Assembly (NCBI GenBank): GCA_964652025.1
Contig: CAZYZX010000006.1
Span: 83,997 to 147,996, forward strand
DNA length: 64,000 nucleotides
Source of the DNA: an uncultured Melioribacteraceae bacterium
GTDB taxonomy: Bacteria > Bacteroidota > Ignavibacteria > Ignavibacteriales > Melioribacteraceae
Reading direction: 5' to 3'
Shown here: piece by piece, positions 40,301-48,135 of the stretch
How the letters are laid out: each line of letters begins with the position of its first letter
Numbering within the stretch: the stretch's first letter is position 1
Translations under genes and position numbers: made by a program
Notes under the pieces: model-generated
Seen by the model: the letters and a program-made list of their open reading frames with translations, nothing else
Database searches by the model: none
Told to the model about the DNA's origin: nothing

Positions 40301-40607
40301 ACTAAACTTAGAGCTTAGGATGCCCTTGATTAGATATTTAGTAACAGGTCCGTTACCAATATTATTTCAAAATATTTTGGGTGGTGCTTTTGTTGATATT
40401 GGAAGTGCTTGGAGCGATAATAAGACACTTAAATTTTTCGAAAAAAATGAAAATAATAATACGGTTACAAAAGATTTGTTAATTGGTACCGGTTATGGAA
40501 TAAGACTTAATTTTATATTATTATGGCGTATAGATTGTGCATGGGCTTTTGACGGTCAACATTTTTCACGTCCAAGATATTACCTTTCTATGGGATTAGA
40601 TTTTTAG
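37383..40607 (+). CDS. Outer-membrane Omp85-superfamily barrel protein with an N-terminal HExxH (peptidase MA-like) domain and PD40/TolB-like beta-propeller repeats
   Basis: ATG 37383 is preceded by GAGGA at 37373-37377 (the track starts at TTG 37371). There is a signal-like N-terminus and HHELVH at 37785-37799. PD40-like repeats include SPAISPQGDKIAFITDRD, WSPDNVHIAL, WSPDGEKILFIG and WSNDSKSIFFSS. The C-terminal barrel has LPLRGYNYAEQIGTKYSLLNLELRMPL (compare bamA PLRGYEDR...KYTLELR) and ends SMGLDF. Confidence 0.7.
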   Translation: MKYIKYFKLLIIIFFLYINIYPQFGQNKVQYKSYNWHYIQTVHFDIYFDLKSPEIAEFTAHIAERALDDLQTRLKYKINNRIPIIIYNSHNDFQETNTTDEYLSNGVGGFTEPFKNRVVLPFEGSYDKFRHVIHHELVHAFMMDMLYGGTVQNIISRGITLQLPLWYMEGMAEYMSSNWETNSDMFITDGIINESLPDIPMLNGYYAYRGGQSLMYYIATKYGDEKIAEILEKTKGLGSVEEGIKASIGLNLEELNENWKKFLKKEYWPQIDKRTDPDDFAKRLTNNKKDGGFYNTSPAISPQGDKIAFITDRDIFLNIYIMSAYDGKILKRIVESGRTNDYEELNVLFPSLTWSPDNVHIALSVKYKGYDIIQVIDTDKEEAKQLPFKLEKIESVSWSPDGEKILFIGADNKQSDLYLYNFKNNQLINLTNDIFTETDISWSNDSKSIFFSSNRGKYVSKELIPKDFEIYNHNFRQFDLYQLNLSDNKIIRITDWELSNEQSPIVNNNNTELIFVSDKNGIDNLYKIDISKINDSTGSYVGNKVYPITNSIAGINQLSATADKKKLVFTSLYKTGYNIFLLNHPFDLEKVADELEYTKFMQKLVNESKGLTTREMKDTINISKPKKIGVLADSVKIISDKEKQNTEPEIFSGSLIKEKDSLTVSKEDEYKNYIFGGDTFVTDSTKIDSSKINLFTQKLDENGNYLVNRYKVNFSPDLIYANAGYSSLYGLLGTTVLSFSDMLGNHRLIGVTSLNVDLKNSDYGLAYYYLAKRMNFGIEGFHTARFVYLARPFGSELYRFRNYGAVLSVSYPLSRFYRIEGSFSVLNVSSENLDDFTIPKEQALFLIPSIGFVHDNTLWGYYSPIQGNRTSITLFGNPGADNKRKSFYSVVWDYREYFRFWYDNSFVIRLSGGYSGGANPQRFFIGGTENWINRQFSTQEVPINNASDFAFLTPALPLRGYNYAEQIGTKYSLLNLELRMPLIRYLVTGPLPILFQNILGGAFVDIGSAWSDNKTLKFFEKNENNNTVTKDLLIGTGYGIRLNFILLWRIDCAWAFDGQHFSRPRYYLSMGLDF

Positions 40608-40608
40608 T

Positions 40609-40640
40609 ATCGAAGAGGGAAACCCTCTTCGATTTATTTA
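40609..40640 (+). terminator. Rho-independent terminator ending the long + strand gene run
   Basis: ATCGAAGAGGG (40609-40619) / CCCTCTTCGAT (40623-40633) with a 3-nt loop, followed by TTTATTTATT. It starts 2 nt after the stop codon. Confidence 0.8.
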
Positions 40641-40704
40641 TTATTCCTCTTTTTTTTATTAATTATTTTTATTAATTTTAATAAATATTTTAAGTAAATT
40701 AAAT

Positions 40705-42324
40705 ATGAATTTTTTAATTCGTTTTTTTAAAAAAGGGGAAATTAATAGGTTATTAAAGGAAGGTAATTCTTTATTAGAGCAAAAAGAATATGAAAGTTCT
40801 TTAGCATTATATAATAAAGTATTAACTTACGATAATAAAAATTTATGTGCTTTGTACGGTAGTGCAAAGTGTTATTATTATATTAAAGATTATAACAAAG
40901 CCCAAACCTTGTTTTTAGAGGTTGAAAAAAATCCACAAAACACTTTTTTTGAAAGTTATTACTATTTATATCAAATTGAGATAAATTTAGGTAAAGAAGA
41001 AAGTGCTATATACTATTTAACAAAATACATAGATAAAGGGAAAAATAAGGCATTAGCTTATAAGTTAAGGGCAGAATTAAACTTTAAAAAACAAAAATAT
41101 TATGATGTTATAGATGATTGTGAAAAATCTTTAAGTATCTTGCCCGATGATTTAGATGTATTTAAATTAATGATTAAAAGCAGAATTTATACAGAACAGT
41201 TAAAAAAAGCCTTAATAGATGTAAATAAAGCATTAGAAAACAAAGGAAATAGCCCAGATTTATTAACAATACGTAGTTATTTAAGGTATTTAAATAGAAA
41301 TTATTCTGATGCATTAAATGATGTAAAACTTGCAATATCATTAAATAATGTTTATTCAGAGGCATATTACACTTTAGCTTTAATACAAAAAAAAGTTAAT
41401 CAACAAAGCGAAGCATTAAATAATCTAACAACATCAATTGAGCTTAATGATAGTTACCCTGAAGCTTATATTGAAAGAGCAGAGCTTTATGCAGAACTTG
41501 ATAAACCGGATGAAGCATTAGAAGATTATAAACAAGTGTTAAAATATTACCCAAATAATCCAATTTACCATTGTAAATGTGGTAGTATGCAACTAAAACT
41601 TTATGATTTTGGTGCTGCAAAAGAACATTTTGAAAAAGCAATAGAGTTAGATCCAACAAATGTTAATTATTATTATAATTTAAGTAAAGCGCTAAATGGA
41701 TTAAAGAAATACAAGGAACAGTTAAAAGTTTTATTAAAAGCTTTAGAAATTAATCCACAGCACGAGGATTGTTTATTGGATTTGGGAATATTGTATTACA
41801 GCGGTAAAGAATACCAAAACGCTTTAAAGACACTTGATAAATTAATATCTATAAATTCCGAAAATAGAAGGGGTTATTATTACAGGGCAAAGGTTAAGGA
41901 ACAATTGGCAGATAATTATGGGGCAAATTCTGATTATACAATTGCGTTATTAGATCAAACATTTGTTGATGCATGGGTAGATAGAGCAAAGTTAAAAATA
42001 TCTAGACAAGACTATCATGGCGGTGTGTTAGATTTATCTAAAGCAATTGCATTAAGACCTATGAACGGAACATTTTATTTGATGAGGGGTAAAGCACAAG
42101 TTAAGTTAGAAAAGTTAGCTGAAGCTTTAGATGATTTTACAAAAGCTATAGAGATATTACCAGCAAATGTGGAAGCTTACTATTTTAGAGGTTTTATTAA
42201 TTACGATTTAAGGCGCTTTAAGGAAGCATTAAATGATTGGCAAAAAGCTATTTCACTAAAGCCGGAATTGATTGATAAATTATCTGATAAGATTGAAAAA
42301 ACAAAACTTAAGATAGGTGTTTAA
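40705..42324 (+). CDS. Tetratricopeptide repeat (TPR) protein
   Basis: 539 aa with many 34-aa repeats bearing the A..Y/A..A..P pattern (for example EAYIERAELYAELDKPDEALEDYKQVLKYYPNN and AKEHFEKAIELDPTN). Confidence 0.8.
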   Translation: MNFLIRFFKKGEINRLLKEGNSLLEQKEYESSLALYNKVLTYDNKNLCALYGSAKCYYYIKDYNKAQTLFLEVEKNPQNTFFESYYYLYQIEINLGKEESAIYYLTKYIDKGKNKALAYKLRAELNFKKQKYYDVIDDCEKSLSILPDDLDVFKLMIKSRIYTEQLKKALIDVNKALENKGNSPDLLTIRSYLRYLNRNYSDALNDVKLAISLNNVYSEAYYTLALIQKKVNQQSEALNNLTTSIELNDSYPEAYIERAELYAELDKPDEALEDYKQVLKYYPNNPIYHCKCGSMQLKLYDFGAAKEHFEKAIELDPTNVNYYYNLSKALNGLKKYKEQLKVLLKALEINPQHEDCLLDLGILYYSGKEYQNALKTLDKLISINSENRRGYYYRAKVKEQLADNYGANSDYTIALLDQTFVDAWVDRAKLKISRQDYHGGVLDLSKAIALRPMNGTFYLMRGKAQVKLEKLAEALDDFTKAIEILPANVEAYYFRGFINYDLRRFKEALNDWQKAISLKPELIDKLSDKIEKTKLKIGV

Positions 42325-42969
42325 TTATTTACCTTTAGTTGGTATTTTGGGGCTAAAAAAATCATCTTCATCTTCGTCAGTATAGCGATTTAGTATATCA
42401 TCACTTTTATTTTTATCAATTTTTTCATTTTTATTTTCTTTAATAGTAAAGCCACTAACTGGTCTACTATAAGATTTTGTGCTTAGGTCTTCTTCATCAT
42501 TCGTTGTGTTTAGAACTTGAAAACGACTAGATTTATTAGATTCTTTCTTTCGCTCGTCTTCTCTGCTATCCTTAGAACGAGATTGAATATTGTTTTTAGA
42601 TGTATGTTTATCTTTATTTGATTTACGTTCTTGTTCTTCTTTACGTTTCTTTTCTTTTTGTCGTTCTTTTTGATTTGCTTTTTCTTTTTGTCGTTCTTTT
42701 AATTTTTCTTGCTCTTTTTGTCTAATTTCTTCTAAAGATAAAGGTTTTGAAGTATCCTGATCTTTAGATTTTTCATTGGTATTAGTTTTACTTGCTGTTT
42801 TTATTGCTAATTTTGGGGTTGCTGGTTTTTCTTCTGTTTTTTGATAAGGTTCAAGTTCACCGCTTTTTTTCTTTTTAATTTTAAAGCTAATATAGGATAC
42901 AGTCAAAATGATTATCATTAAGACAACAAAAAATTGTAATGTGGTAAATATTGCGTCCTTTAATTCCAT
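42325..42969 (-). CDS. Membrane-anchored, lysine/glutamate-rich low-complexity protein
   Basis: 214 aa. It has an N-terminal TM segment (LQFFVVLMIIILTVSYISF) followed by a charged tail with a KERQKEK duplication. Its stop codon directly abuts the stop of the convergent TPR gene. Confidence 0.55.
   Translation of the reverse strand: MELKDAIFTTLQFFVVLMIIILTVSYISFKIKKKKSGELEPYQKTEEKPATPKLAIKTASKTNTNEKSKDQDTSKPLSLEEIRQKEQEKLKERQKEKANQKERQKEKKRKEEQERKSNKDKHTSKNNIQSRSKDSREDERKKESNKSSRFQVLNTTNDEEDLSTKSYSRPVSGFTIKENKNEKIDKNKSDDILNRYTDEDEDDFFSPKIPTKGK
42650..42700. repeat. 21-nt perfect direct repeat (period 30 nt) inside the K/E-rich CDS
   Basis: TTTTCTTTTTGTCGTTCTTTT occurs at 42650-42670 and again at 42680-42700. 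It encodes the duplicated KERQKEK on the - strand. Confidence 0.9.
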
Positions 42970-43034
42970 TTAGCTTTAAGATTTTTAATTTACAATTATA
43001 ATAAAATTATTTAATAATTGCTATTATATTAAAA

Positions 43035-45638
43035 TTAATTTTTAATATTTTTGATTTTAGCTACAGCAATTCTTATTTGATAAACAGATAAATTATTTAC
43101 TATTTTTTTTAATTCTTTAATTTCTGTTAATCCAGAGTTATATAAATTTTTTACTTTGTCAAAATCTTTATCATCAATTATTAGGTTTATATCTGTATCG
43201 GGTTCGTATTCTAAAATACTTTCTATTTGTAAAGCAATAATAGATTCATGTGTTTTCAATAAATCTGCTATTTTACCTAAATTATACCCTTTTTTAAGTA
43301 ATTTATATGTGCTTAATATATTTTTAGGTAAATTTATATTTAAGCTATTAGAATTAGTTTCTATGTGTTTATCTTGGATAAAATTTTTAATTGCATTTAT
43401 AAAATCATTACCAACCTTATTGAACATAATTTTATTAAAGCCATTTATATTAAGCAGTTGTTCGGGAGAAGTAGGTTTAATTATAGATATTTCTCTAAGT
43501 ACGTTATCTGGGCAAACAAGACTTGCTGTTTGTGAATATTTTGCAGCAGCATCTTTTCTAATTTGTCTTAGAATATTATAAAGCTCTACATTTAGTTCGT
43601 AGTTTTCTGGTTCTTGATTAATATTATTAGAGTTCACATCAGTAAATTTAGTAAAAAGGTCTGTTCCTAAATCAGTTAGGACTAATAAACCATTAACATT
43701 TTTTACTAATTTTTTATCTATAAGAGAAGATAAACTACTTTCTATTTCATTTTTAGAGAAGTGCCTACAAGAACCAAAAGTTGATAGGTTTTTAAATCTA
43801 TCGGATTTTGTATTTCCTGTTAAAACAGAATAAAGATTTCTAATTCTAATTCTTTGTAAAGACTCATGAATTGTTGTTAAAATATTTTCTTCTACAAAAT
43901 CAGTAGATGCAAATCTATTATTGTAATTTATATTACAATTATCACATTTACCACATTTAAAATTATTATTTGTTTGACCAAAATAATTTAGTATAAAACT
44001 AAATCTACATTTATCGGTGTAAACGTAGTTTACCATTTCATTAATTTTATTTAGAGCTTCATTTTTTTGAGCTTCAATTTCAGAAAAGTCCAATTGTAAT
44101 AGTTTAGTATCAAGTCTGGGTTGCTCTAAAAATACTAATGGATTAAGTACGGGAGGGATATACTCAATAATTCCAAATGAATTTAATTTTTGTAAACTAT
44201 CTTCAATGTCTTCTATTTTAATGTTGTATTTTGAAGCTAAAATCGAAAGGTCGATTTTTTGCAGATTATTAAACAATTTATTCCCAAATTCTCTTAGTAA
44301 AAGTAAAATTGTATCCTTTAGTTTATTGTTAGCAATTTTATCTACATATATGCGTAAATTATCTAAGTTAAATAAAAATTTAACTAAGTGTTTTGTTTGA
44401 TATTGATTATATAATCTTAAATACTTAGCTTTAACTAAAATATTTATAATTGAATAAATTAAGTTAGAACTAAAATCTGCCGAGTTTAATATTTTATAAA
44501 AGTTTTTATCTAAAGGAATGCCCGAATCCGGTTTATTACCTAATGCAACTTTACCATAATTACAAATAGCGTTATAAACGGCAGCAATTTGTTCTTTAGT
44601 AGGGAAAGAGTTAAGTTGAATGAATTCTACAGTTTCACGCTCGTTTTTTTCAAATAACAAATAAATATAAGAGTTTAGCCCATCTCTGCCGGCACGCCCA
44701 ATTTCTTGGTAATAATTTTCAATAGAAGATGAAATATTATAATGAATAACTAATCTTACGTTATTTTTATCAATACCCATTCCAAATGCAGTGGTAGCGC
44801 AAATAACATCTATATTTCCTTTAATAAAATCGTCTTGTATAACTTTTCTAATATTATTATCTAAGCCTGCGTGGTAAAACTCTGCTTTAATTCCATTAAA
44901 CTTAAGGAATTGAGTTATCTCTTCAACATTTTTTCTTGTTGCAGCGTAAATAATAGCTGTTCCATCATGTTTTTTAATAAGTTCTAAAGTTTTATATTTT
45001 TTTTGATTAGTACGGATTACATTAAGTATAAGGTTAGGTCGTTCAAATCCAGAAATAAAGATTTTAGGATTATTAAGCCCTAGTTGGGTAATAATATCCT
45101 CTCTTACTTTAGGGGTTGCAGTAGCAGTAAATGCTGCTACGCTTTTAAAGGGCAAATATTCTTTAAATTCTTTTATTTTTTTATAATTAGGTCTAAAATT
45201 ATTTCCCCATTCACTAATGCAATGAGCTTCATCTACAAATAAATATTCTAAATTAAGCTTAGAAATTCTTTCAACAAATAGCGAGTTTTCTAATCGTTCT
45301 GGTGCTAAATATAACAGTTTAATAATACCTGAATATATATCATTAAAAGTTTTTTCTATTTCCTTATATTCTAAAGTGCTATTAATAAAAGCAGCAACAG
45401 TGGTATTTTTATTTAATGCATCAACTTGATCTTTCATTAAAGCAATAAGAGGAGAAATTACAATAGATAATCCACTTTTACATAAAGCGGGAACCTGAAA
45501 GCATAAAGATTTACCGGCACCAGTGGGCAAAATAGCTAAAACATCTTGGTTTTGTAAAATTGTAGTAATAATTTCTTCTTGGTTATTTCTAAAACTATCG
45601 AAGCCAAAAAAATTTTTTAATATATCAAAATGGGTCAT
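43035..45638 (-). CDS. recQ: RecQ family ATP-dependent DNA helicase, long form (insertion before the Zn module, HRDC, extra C-terminal HTH-like domain)
   Basis: 867 aa with FGFDSFRNNQEE, LPTGAGKSLCFQ, DEAHCISEWG, TATAT, AFGMGIDK and GRAGRDG. The Zn-Cys cluster is CRFSFILNYFGQTNNNFKCGKCDNC. An HRDC-like segment reads LYNILRQIRKDAAAKYSQTASLVCPDNVLREI. Confidence 0.85.
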   Translation of the reverse strand: MTHFDILKNFFGFDSFRNNQEEIITTILQNQDVLAILPTGAGKSLCFQVPALCKSGLSIVISPLIALMKDQVDALNKNTTVAAFINSTLEYKEIEKTFNDIYSGIIKLLYLAPERLENSLFVERISKLNLEYLFVDEAHCISEWGNNFRPNYKKIKEFKEYLPFKSVAAFTATATPKVREDIITQLGLNNPKIFISGFERPNLILNVIRTNQKKYKTLELIKKHDGTAIIYAATRKNVEEITQFLKFNGIKAEFYHAGLDNNIRKVIQDDFIKGNIDVICATTAFGMGIDKNNVRLVIHYNISSSIENYYQEIGRAGRDGLNSYIYLLFEKNERETVEFIQLNSFPTKEQIAAVYNAICNYGKVALGNKPDSGIPLDKNFYKILNSADFSSNLIYSIINILVKAKYLRLYNQYQTKHLVKFLFNLDNLRIYVDKIANNKLKDTILLLLREFGNKLFNNLQKIDLSILASKYNIKIEDIEDSLQKLNSFGIIEYIPPVLNPLVFLEQPRLDTKLLQLDFSEIEAQKNEALNKINEMVNYVYTDKCRFSFILNYFGQTNNNFKCGKCDNCNINYNNRFASTDFVEENILTTIHESLQRIRIRNLYSVLTGNTKSDRFKNLSTFGSCRHFSKNEIESSLSSLIDKKLVKNVNGLLVLTDLGTDLFTKFTDVNSNNINQEPENYELNVELYNILRQIRKDAAAKYSQTASLVCPDNVLREISIIKPTSPEQLLNINGFNKIMFNKVGNDFINAIKNFIQDKHIETNSNSLNINLPKNILSTYKLLKKGYNLGKIADLLKTHESIIALQIESILEYEPDTDINLIIDDKDFDKVKNLYNSGLTEIKELKKIVNNLSVYQIRIAVAKIKNIKN

Positions 45639-45863
45639 AATAAAATAAATTAATGTATTTAAAAATAATAAACTATATGATAATTTTTTATTTTAAAAAT
45701 TCTCAAATATAATATTTTTATTAATTATGATAATATTATTAAAAGTATAAGATTGTAACTTATTAAAAAATAATAAAATAATAATGGTACAATTATTGAT
45801 TAAAAATAAAAAAATGTTTATATTTTAAGACAAAAATATCTTAAATTTTAATAAAGGTAAAAA

Positions 45864-46808
45864 ATGGCTGATGAAAAAATAGTAGTAGCAAAGTTAGAAG
45901 ACTTGCTAATGGAAAAAAAGCAACCAGAAGAAAGTGAAAGAATTGAAAAAGTTGCAATAGTTGGTGCAGGAGTAATGGGGCAGGGGATTGCGCAAACAAT
46001 TTCTGCAGCAGGAGTGGATGTTTTAATAATTGAAAAGGATGAGCATGGAATTGAAAGGGCAAAAGAAGGATTAAAGGTTACGATGGAACGCGAAATTGCT
46101 AGATGGGCGATGACAAAAAGTGAAATGAAATCTATATTAAGTAGGATGACTTGGTCTACGGATGTTGAAGATGTAAAAGATTGTGATATTATTATCGAAG
46201 CAGTTGAGGAAAATTTAGAATTAAAACGTAGTTTATTTAAAAGATTTGATGAAATAGCAAAAGAAGAGACAATTTTTGTATCTAATACGTCTACATTAAG
46301 TTTATCTAAAATTGCAGAAATTACAAACAGGCAAGATAGAGTAATCGGGATGCATTTTCTAAATCCGGTTCCAAAAGTTGCATTGGTGGAATTGATACGA
46401 ACAATTGAGACTAGTGATAAAACGATAGAAATAGCAAAGCATTTTGCCCAAAAAATTGGTAAAACAGCTGTAGAAGTATATGAATATCCTGGTTATGTAA
46501 CAACAAGAGCAATAGTTCCATTATTAAATGAAGCAATGCATATATTGTTAGAAGGATTGGCAAGTGCAAAAGATATTGATACAGCATTAAAACTTGGTTA
46601 TAATTTTCAAACCGGTCCATTAGAAATGGCAGATGCGATGGGATTAGATGAAGTGTTAACATGGATGGAACAATTATGGGCTGTATTAGGTGAACCAAGA
46701 TATAGACCATGCCCAATATTAAGAAAGTTAGTTCGTGAGAAAAAACTTGGCAAGAAAACGGGTGAAGGATTTTACAAATATGACCATAATGGTAAAATAA
46801 TATCTTAA
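45864..46808 (+). CDS. hbd: 3-hydroxyacyl-CoA / 3-hydroxybutyryl-CoA dehydrogenase
   Basis: 314 aa with VAIVGAGVMGQGIAQ, SNTSTLS, GMHFLNPVPKVALVELI and GYVTTR. The N-terminus is about 27 aa longer than usual; Met16 is an alternative start. Confidence 0.85.
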   Translation: MADEKIVVAKLEDLLMEKKQPEESERIEKVAIVGAGVMGQGIAQTISAAGVDVLIIEKDEHGIERAKEGLKVTMEREIARWAMTKSEMKSILSRMTWSTDVEDVKDCDIIIEAVEENLELKRSLFKRFDEIAKEETIFVSNTSTLSLSKIAEITNRQDRVIGMHFLNPVPKVALVELIRTIETSDKTIEIAKHFAQKIGKTAVEVYEYPGYVTTRAIVPLLNEAMHILLEGLASAKDIDTALKLGYNFQTGPLEMADAMGLDEVLTWMEQLWAVLGEPRYRPCPILRKLVREKKLGKKTGEGFYKYDHNGKIIS

Positions 46809-46828
46809 TTATTTATTATGAGGAAAAA

Positions 46829-48046
46829 ATGAAAATTTTAGTATTAAATTGCGGAAGTTCATCAATAAAATATCAATTAATAGATACAGAAAACGAAATT
46901 GTAATGGCAAAAGGGTTAGTAGAACGTATTGGAATGAGCAGTGCTGTTTTAACTCACACCCCACATGGTAAAGAAAAAGTTAGAATAGTTGGTGAAATAT
47001 TAGACCATACAATAGCTATTGAATATGTAATTGCAGTTTTAATGAGCCCTACACATGGTGTATTAAAAGATAAAAGCGAAATTGATGCTGTAGGTCATAG
47101 AGTAGTACATGGTGGAGAAACTTTTAGTGGTTCTGTTTTAATTACAGATAGAGTAGTAAAGGCATTAGTAGATAATATAGAATTAGCTCCACTTCATAAC
47201 CCACCAAATATTAAAGGTATAGAAGCAGCCAAAGCACATTTACCAAATACTCCACAGTGCGGTGTTTTTGACACTTCATTCCATAGCACAATGCCCGAAC
47301 ATGCATATTTGTATGGTATACCTTATGAATTATATAAGCGTTATAAAATAAGAAAATATGGATTTCATGGTACATCGCATCGCTATGTTGCACAAAAGGC
47401 AGCATTAATGTTAGGTAAACCAATAGAAGAATTAAAACTAATAACAGCACACTTAGGTAATGGTAGTAGTATGGCAGCAATAGATGGTGGAAAATCTATT
47501 GATACCACAATGGGATTTACACCACTTGAAGGTTTAATAATGGGCACACGTTGTGGTGATATGGATCCTTCTGTAATTTTATATATAATGAGTAAAGAAG
47601 GATTAAATATGAGTGAAGCAAACACTTTAATGAACAAGCATAGCGGACTAATAGGTTTAAGTGGTGATAGTAGTGATATGCGAGAAATTGAAAGCGGAGT
47701 TATGGAAGGTGATAAACGTGCAAAACGAGCTTTTGATGCATTTACATATAGAATTAAAAAATATGTAGGTTCTTATATAGCTGCTCTTGGTGGTTGCGAT
47801 GCTTTAGTATTTACAGGTGGTATTGGGGAAAATTCTCCAATGGTACGTAATGCGGTTTGCAGCAATATGGAGTTTTTAGGTATTAAATTAGACCAAGAAA
47901 AGAACCTAAATGTAAAAGGTGAATGTGCTGTTTCTGCAGATGATAGTAAGGTTAAAGTGCTAAGAATACCTACAAATGAAGAGCTTGTTATTGCTTTAGA
48001 TACAGAGAAAATAGTGAAAGAACAACTTTTAACTAATGGTAACTAA
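46829..48046 (+). CDS. ackA: Acetate kinase
   Basis: 405 aa with MKILVLNCGSSSIKYQL, HRVVHGG, FDTSFH, YGFHGTSH, AHLGNGSS and VFTGGIGENS. SD GAGGA lies upstream. Confidence 0.92.
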   Translation: MKILVLNCGSSSIKYQLIDTENEIVMAKGLVERIGMSSAVLTHTPHGKEKVRIVGEILDHTIAIEYVIAVLMSPTHGVLKDKSEIDAVGHRVVHGGETFSGSVLITDRVVKALVDNIELAPLHNPPNIKGIEAAKAHLPNTPQCGVFDTSFHSTMPEHAYLYGIPYELYKRYKIRKYGFHGTSHRYVAQKAALMLGKPIEELKLITAHLGNGSSMAAIDGGKSIDTTMGFTPLEGLIMGTRCGDMDPSVILYIMSKEGLNMSEANTLMNKHSGLIGLSGDSSDMREIESGVMEGDKRAKRAFDAFTYRIKKYVGSYIAALGGCDALVFTGGIGENSPMVRNAVCSNMEFLGIKLDQEKNLNVKGECAVSADDSKVKVLRIPTNEELVIALDTEKIVKEQLLTNGN

Positions 48047-48087
48047 GGTTGAAAGTTTTTAAGAATTTTGTTATATTTAAAATCTTA

Positions 48088-48117
48088 AATCCCGCTTTTA
48101 AGTGCGGGATTTTTGTT
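48088..48117 (+). terminator. Rho-independent terminator after ackA
   Basis: ATCCCGC (48089-48095) / GCGGGAT (48104-48110) with an 8-nt loop, followed by TTTTGTTTT. Confidence 0.8.
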
Positions 48118-48135
48118 TTATTATGGAGTTAAAAA

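Noticed and set aside
42650-42700. Direct repeat considered as a CRISPR or tandem-repeat element
   Set aside because: There are only two copies of 21 nt, inside a CDS, and they encode a duplicated peptide. There are no spacers, leader or cas genes.
43156-43581. 141-aa + strand ORF (and 44206-44400) inside recQ on the opposite strand
   Set aside because: It lies entirely antisense to a strongly motif-supported recQ CDS. The sequence is low-complexity and rich in S, L, I and F, as expected for the reverse complement of AT-rich coding sequence. There is no SD and no recognisable motif.
45639-45863. 225-bp AT-rich recQ/hbd divergent intergenic region (and 5811-5962, 19677-19816, 56989-57147) screened for tRNA, sRNA, riboswitch or small ORFs
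   Set aside because: There are no GC-rich helices, no cloverleaf-compatible segments and no conserved riboswitch cores visible. Only trivial 7-8 codon ORFs are present, for example in 19710-19790. These are most simply promoter regions.
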